In this document: one piece after another, positions 60,350 through 64,000 of the stretch
Position numbering within the stretch: the stretch's first letter is position 1
Layout: every line of letters starts with the position of its first letter
Assembly: GCA_037481795.1 (NCBI GenBank)
Contig: JBBFLA010000017.1
Coordinates: 1,423 to 65,422 of the forward strand
Source: Spirochaetota bacterium
Lineage (GTDB): Bacteria; Spirochaetota; UBA4802; UB4802
DNA length: 64,000 bases
Direction of reading: 5' to 3'
The notes under the pieces: model-generated
What the model was told of the DNA's origin: nothing
Seen by the model: the letters and a program-made list of their open reading frames with translations, nothing else
Database searches by the model: none
Made by a program: the position numbers and the translations under genes

Positions 60350-62239
60350 ATGAAAAGAATTCTTATGGTATCATTCTATATGATTTTATCAGTCACAGTG
60401 GCAATGTTTTCGTTGCAATGTGCAGGTAAAGCAGTGAAGGAGGTTAAACCGGTAGAAAGTGATGACACCACACGTGACACTGCTTCAAAGGTAAAGGTTG
60501 ATGAAATTGAAGTAATAGAACCAAAAAAGATGAAATCTGAAGGGGCAGAAGAATCAAAAAGCCCAAAGGGTGAAATATTGAAAAAAGAATCATCTCCTGA
60601 AGCTTTAGCCAAACCAAAAGGAACAACACTGAAAAAAATAGAAGCCACGAAGGCTGTATCAGGATTAAAAGCAGGATTTGCCGACGATAATAAGCAATTC
60701 AATTATTTTGTAAATTTTATTAAAGATTACAAAGATAAAGTCCAGCATTACCCCATTAATATATCTGAAAGGATTATTTTTTATTGTAAGGATATAGCAG
60801 GCAAATCAATACCCAATGCTACGGTTCATGTTTATAGCGGTAAAAAGCTTCTTGAAACAGGTAAAACGTATGCTGATGGATCTTTTATGTTTTACCCATC
60901 TGAATATGATACTAAGTATACTACGTACATGCTTACATTTGAAGCGTTAAACACAAAGGAAAAAATTACAATAAACCGGCAGGGAAAGCGTGAATATACG
61001 GTTACATTGAAAACGCAGCGACCACAATACAAAAATGTCCCGCTTGATATACTCTTTGTGTTTGATACTACAGGCAGTATGGGTGAGGAAATTGCCCGCC
61101 TTAAAAAAACAATTGAAATTATTAATCTGAATATTGCATCACTGACAACCAAACCTGATGTTCGTTTTGGTATGGTGCTCTATAAGGATAAGGGTGATGA
61201 ATATGTTACTAAAATAATTCCGCTGACAGGTAACCTTGAAAAATTTCAAAAAGAGCTTGCATTGGTTTCTGCAGGTGGTGGTGGCGATGGTCCTGAGGAT
61301 TTGCAGTCAGCACTGGCGGATGCAGTTAAAAAAATACAATGGAATACTGGTGGTATACGGCTTGCGTTTATTATCACTGATGCAGAGGCACATTTAGATT
61401 ATGGGCAACAATATACATATGTTGATGCAGCGCATGATGCAAAAAAACAAGCTATTAAATTTTATTCGATAGGTACCGGCGGGCTCCCCTTAATGGGCGA
61501 GTTTATATTGCGGCAGATTTCACAGTATACTCAGGGCAGGTACATATTCTTAACGTATGGTGAACGTGGCGAAAGTGAGGGAGGCAAAGAAGGGAGTGTG
61601 AGCCATCACACCGGAGCAAATTTCCAGACCGACAAATTAGAGTCAATAATAATTCGTTTTGCAAAAGAAGAACTGGCATATCTTACCGACCAGCCACTGG
61701 AAGAGGGTGAGGCGTATTTTGATGCCAAAAAGGTTGATGATGAAACAAATGAAGAAACACTTCAAAAGCTTTTTGATATGGCATTAGCTCAATTAATTGA
61801 CTACTCGGCTATAAATATCCAGAAAGGTGAGCCAACTGCAGTGTTGCCCATACATTCAAGCGATGCTGCACTGAAAACAAATGCTGAATATTTTACTGAA
61901 CAGCTTTCAATGGCTCTTGGCAAAAACAAGGTATTTAAGCAGGTTGAGCGTAAAAACATGCAACAGATATTACATGAAATTGGCCTGGGGCAAACTGGTA
62001 TAGTGGATGAAACCGGTGCTGCAAAAGCGGGAAAGATGTTAGGAGCAAAAATGCTTGTTACCGGTACCATCTATGTAAAGAATAATAACTACGAACTATT
62101 CTTGAAGCTAATAAGGGTTGAAAGTGCTGAGGTACTATCGGCTACAAAGGCAATTGTTGACAAAAATTTAGGTGTTGCTGAAGGCGTAAAAAAGCTACAG
62201 CCAAAACAACCGGTAAAGAAGAACAAAAAAACATCGTAA
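60350..62239 (+). CDS. Lipoprotein with vWA domain and C-terminal CsgG/FlgO-like domain
   Basis: SLQC lipobox; DTTGSM MIDAS, GGGDGPED, ITDA; VERKNMQQILHE...GKMLGAKMLVTG. Confidence 0.85.
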   Translation: MKRILMVSFYMILSVTVAMFSLQCAGKAVKEVKPVESDDTTRDTASKVKVDEIEVIEPKKMKSEGAEESKSPKGEILKKESSPEALAKPKGTTLKKIEATKAVSGLKAGFADDNKQFNYFVNFIKDYKDKVQHYPINISERIIFYCKDIAGKSIPNATVHVYSGKKLLETGKTYADGSFMFYPSEYDTKYTTYMLTFEALNTKEKITINRQGKREYTVTLKTQRPQYKNVPLDILFVFDTTGSMGEEIARLKKTIEIINLNIASLTTKPDVRFGMVLYKDKGDEYVTKIIPLTGNLEKFQKELALVSAGGGGDGPEDLQSALADAVKKIQWNTGGIRLAFIITDAEAHLDYGQQYTYVDAAHDAKKQAIKFYSIGTGGLPLMGEFILRQISQYTQGRYIFLTYGERGESEGGKEGSVSHHTGANFQTDKLESIIIRFAKEELAYLTDQPLEEGEAYFDAKKVDDETNEETLQKLFDMALAQLIDYSAINIQKGEPTAVLPIHSSDAALKTNAEYFTEQLSMALGKNKVFKQVERKNMQQILHEIGLGQTGIVDETGAAKAGKMLGAKMLVTGTIYVKNNNYELFLKLIRVESAEVLSATKAIVDKNLGVAEGVKKLQPKQPVKKNKKTS

Positions 62240-62248
62240 AAAAAATTA

Positions 62249-62481
62249 TTGCGAGTGCCGCAGGCGCGTGGCAATCTTGTCATTTACTACCTGAGATTGC
62301 TTCGCTGCGCTCGCAATGACTTTTGCACTCCTGTCATTGCGAGGAACGAAGTGACGAAGCAATCCCATCTTTCGTGGTATTGAGACTGACTCGCTTCGAC
62401 AAGCTCAGCACAGGCGCTACGATCGCAGTGACATTTCGCTCGCGTCATTGCGTGCCCCATGGTTTCTTTTGAGACAGCTCC
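62249..62481. repeat. Second copy of the REP/MITE modular repeat
   Basis: ttgcgagtgccgcaggcgcgtggcaatct, gtcattgcgaggaacgaagtgacgaagcaatccc, cttcgacaagctcag; ends in ttttgagacagctcc. Confidence 0.75.
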
Positions 62482-62636
62482 ATTGTGTATTGTTATTAAG
62501 GGGATATAATGTATTGCCATGATAAATATTGAAACTGCCTGAAAGCTTTTTTCCAATACGCTTGCTTAGAATGTTATGTGATTAATACCAGTTTCCTTTC
62601 TGTATCGTGTGCAAGAATTGTGCTTAAGCTTCTATG

Positions 62637-62683
62637 AATATACTGTAAATTTTTGCTCATAAGCATAAAATTTACAGTATATT
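62637..62683. terminator. Long AT-rich inverted repeat, likely terminator of the 62728 gene
   Basis: aatatactgtaaatttt...aaaatttacagtatatt. Confidence 0.55.
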
Positions 62684-62727
62684 TTACGAATGTCAATATA
62701 TTTTTAGATTTAGGTTTATTTGGTTAA

Positions 62728-63999
62728 TTATTTTTCACCTATTTTAGGAGCAGTAGGAACTGCAAAATTATATCTAATTGCAAATGCCAGTGCTAAAGGA
62801 TTTTCATTGCCACTGGTCCACGCTTTGCCGGATACAAAATATGGGCCAACAGTAAATAAATCTACATTGGCAAGCCAATCAAAGGTAAAGTTATCAAGTT
62901 TATATGATACACCAATTGCAATAGAAGTTTGCGATGATGTAATATCATCAAATGTAGTAGGGGTAGTAATTGTGCCCTGATTGGTAATATTTTCGCCATT
63001 ATACGAAACAGGGGTATAAATATGCTGAATTACACCAAATCGTCCTTTCCAGTTTTCGGAAAGATTAGCTTCCAGTCCAACAATTATTGGAACTTCAATT
63101 GCCTGATAGGTTAGTTTATAGGTATCGACATTGTTTGCAGGCGTTATTGCATCCTCACCACTGTAGTTATTGGATAGCATTGTAATTTTTGTAGCAAACC
63201 CCACAAAACCGGTTACACTATTTGCCATGGACATTTCGTCACTGACCCCAATCATTATTATCTGTCCTTTCCTTTCAAAGGTATCTTTTGCATTTACATT
63301 ATTTGCTGGAGTGACAGTATCATTTATCTTCATTATTCCTTGGGTACTTCTGTTAATCATGCTGTATTGACCATAAAAATGAAACCTGTGTGAGTTTGTT
63401 GCCTGATAATTTATGCGCATTGCACCACCAATATCCATTGCACCGTTTGATTTGTATGACATATCAAAATCAATACCTGGTTTATCCTTTGTGTAATTAT
63501 TGTCCAGTACATACATGTAATAAAATGCACTTACATCCATGGTGACTTTGTTGTTAAATAAAATGTTTGCAGCAAGGCGAGCAGAATAATCTGCATTTAT
63601 TAAATTATATTCTTCGTGCTCGTTGGTAGCACTGGTGGCATCTCGTTTATGCTTCCATGAAGTGCCATATCCAAAATATGCACCTATTGAAAACCTATTG
63701 AATTGATATGCTACCATTGCGCTAAAATTTTTCTGTGTTAATTTTTCACGTAAAGCAGGGGATGTGGTATTTGTTCCTACCAGTGCACTTGCATCTTCCG
63801 GGTCGGTTAAGTCAAGTATAGATGTATCTATTAGCTCTACCTGGTATGCATCAAAGGTTTGAGAGCTTGATGAATGAGTATATTTTGATTTACCCTTTGC
63901 CGAGTAGACATCTTTATGGAAAAGACTATCAACCGATGTTGTATTCCATACTGTAGTATCAACTGGTGCACCAAGGTCCATTCCAATAAATAATTTGCC
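62728..63999 (-). CDS. Probable outer-membrane beta-barrel protein, 5' end outside the window
   Basis: Frame remains open upstream of ATG 63981; alternating aromatic/hydrophobic strands, ending ...AFAIRYNF. Confidence 0.65.
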   Translation of the reverse strand, partial: GKLFIGMDLGAPVDTTVWNTTSVDSLFHKDVYSAKGKSKYTHSSSSQTFDAYQVELIDTSILDLTDPEDASALVGTNTTSPALREKLTQKNFSAMVAYQFNRFSIGAYFGYGTSWKHKRDATSATNEHEEYNLINADYSARLAANILFNNKVTMDVSAFYYMYVLDNNYTKDKPGIDFDMSYKSNGAMDIGGAMRINYQATNSHRFHFYGQYSMINRSTQGIMKINDTVTPANNVNAKDTFERKGQIIMIGVSDEMSMANSVTGFVGFATKITMLSNNYSGEDAITPANNVDTYKLTYQAIEVPIIVGLEANLSENWKGRFGVIQHIYTPVSYNGENITNQGTITTPTTFDDITSSQTSIAIGVSYKLDNFTFDWLANVDLFTVGPYFVSGKAWTSGNENPLALAFAIRYNFAVPTAPKIGEK

Positions 64000-64000
64000 T

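Noticed and set aside
1-64000. Numerous 60-160 aa ORFs antisense or out of frame within well-supported genes; tRNA/rRNA; prophage or intact transposase
   Set aside because: The shadow ORFs lack motifs and RBSs. No cloverleaf, rRNA, integrase, transposase or phage structural genes were recognised by eye.

Overview
AT-rich (roughly 35-40% GC by eye) bacterial chromosome segment. Gene content suggests an anaerobic Spirochaetota lineage related to Leptospira; this is inferred from OmpL37-like and LipL45/FecR-like proteins, the yajC-X-secDF arrangement, a ferredoxin and selenoprotein genes. Most of the window is housekeeping or envelope genes: tpiA-secG-ferredoxin-metK, a beta-barrel/exbBD/bamA/skp cluster, yajC-secDF-ribD-ribE, glnA, pncB, a complete trpEGDCFBA operon, lon, and signalling genes (HDOD, GGDEF, PilZ, DHH). 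Accessory content is small: toxin-antitoxin-like pairs, an RHS remnant and several REP/MITE-like palindromic repeats. The main result, missed by the ORF track, is a two-gene minus-strand operon at 44644-45129 in which both genes contain an in-frame TGA followed by a SECIS-like hairpin with a UGGA loop. One encodes a HesB/IscA-like selenoprotein (Sec36); the other encodes a 53-aa membrane-anchored candidate selenoprotein with a U-x4-C motif. Directly downstream is a trp leader peptide with four consecutive Trp codons and two interlocking terminators. Other hidden features include a 42-aa ORF coupled to glnA and a ~160-nt rod-like structured element inside RHS debris. No rRNA, tRNA or CRISPR array was recognised. 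All assignments come from reading motifs by eye; no database searches were run.
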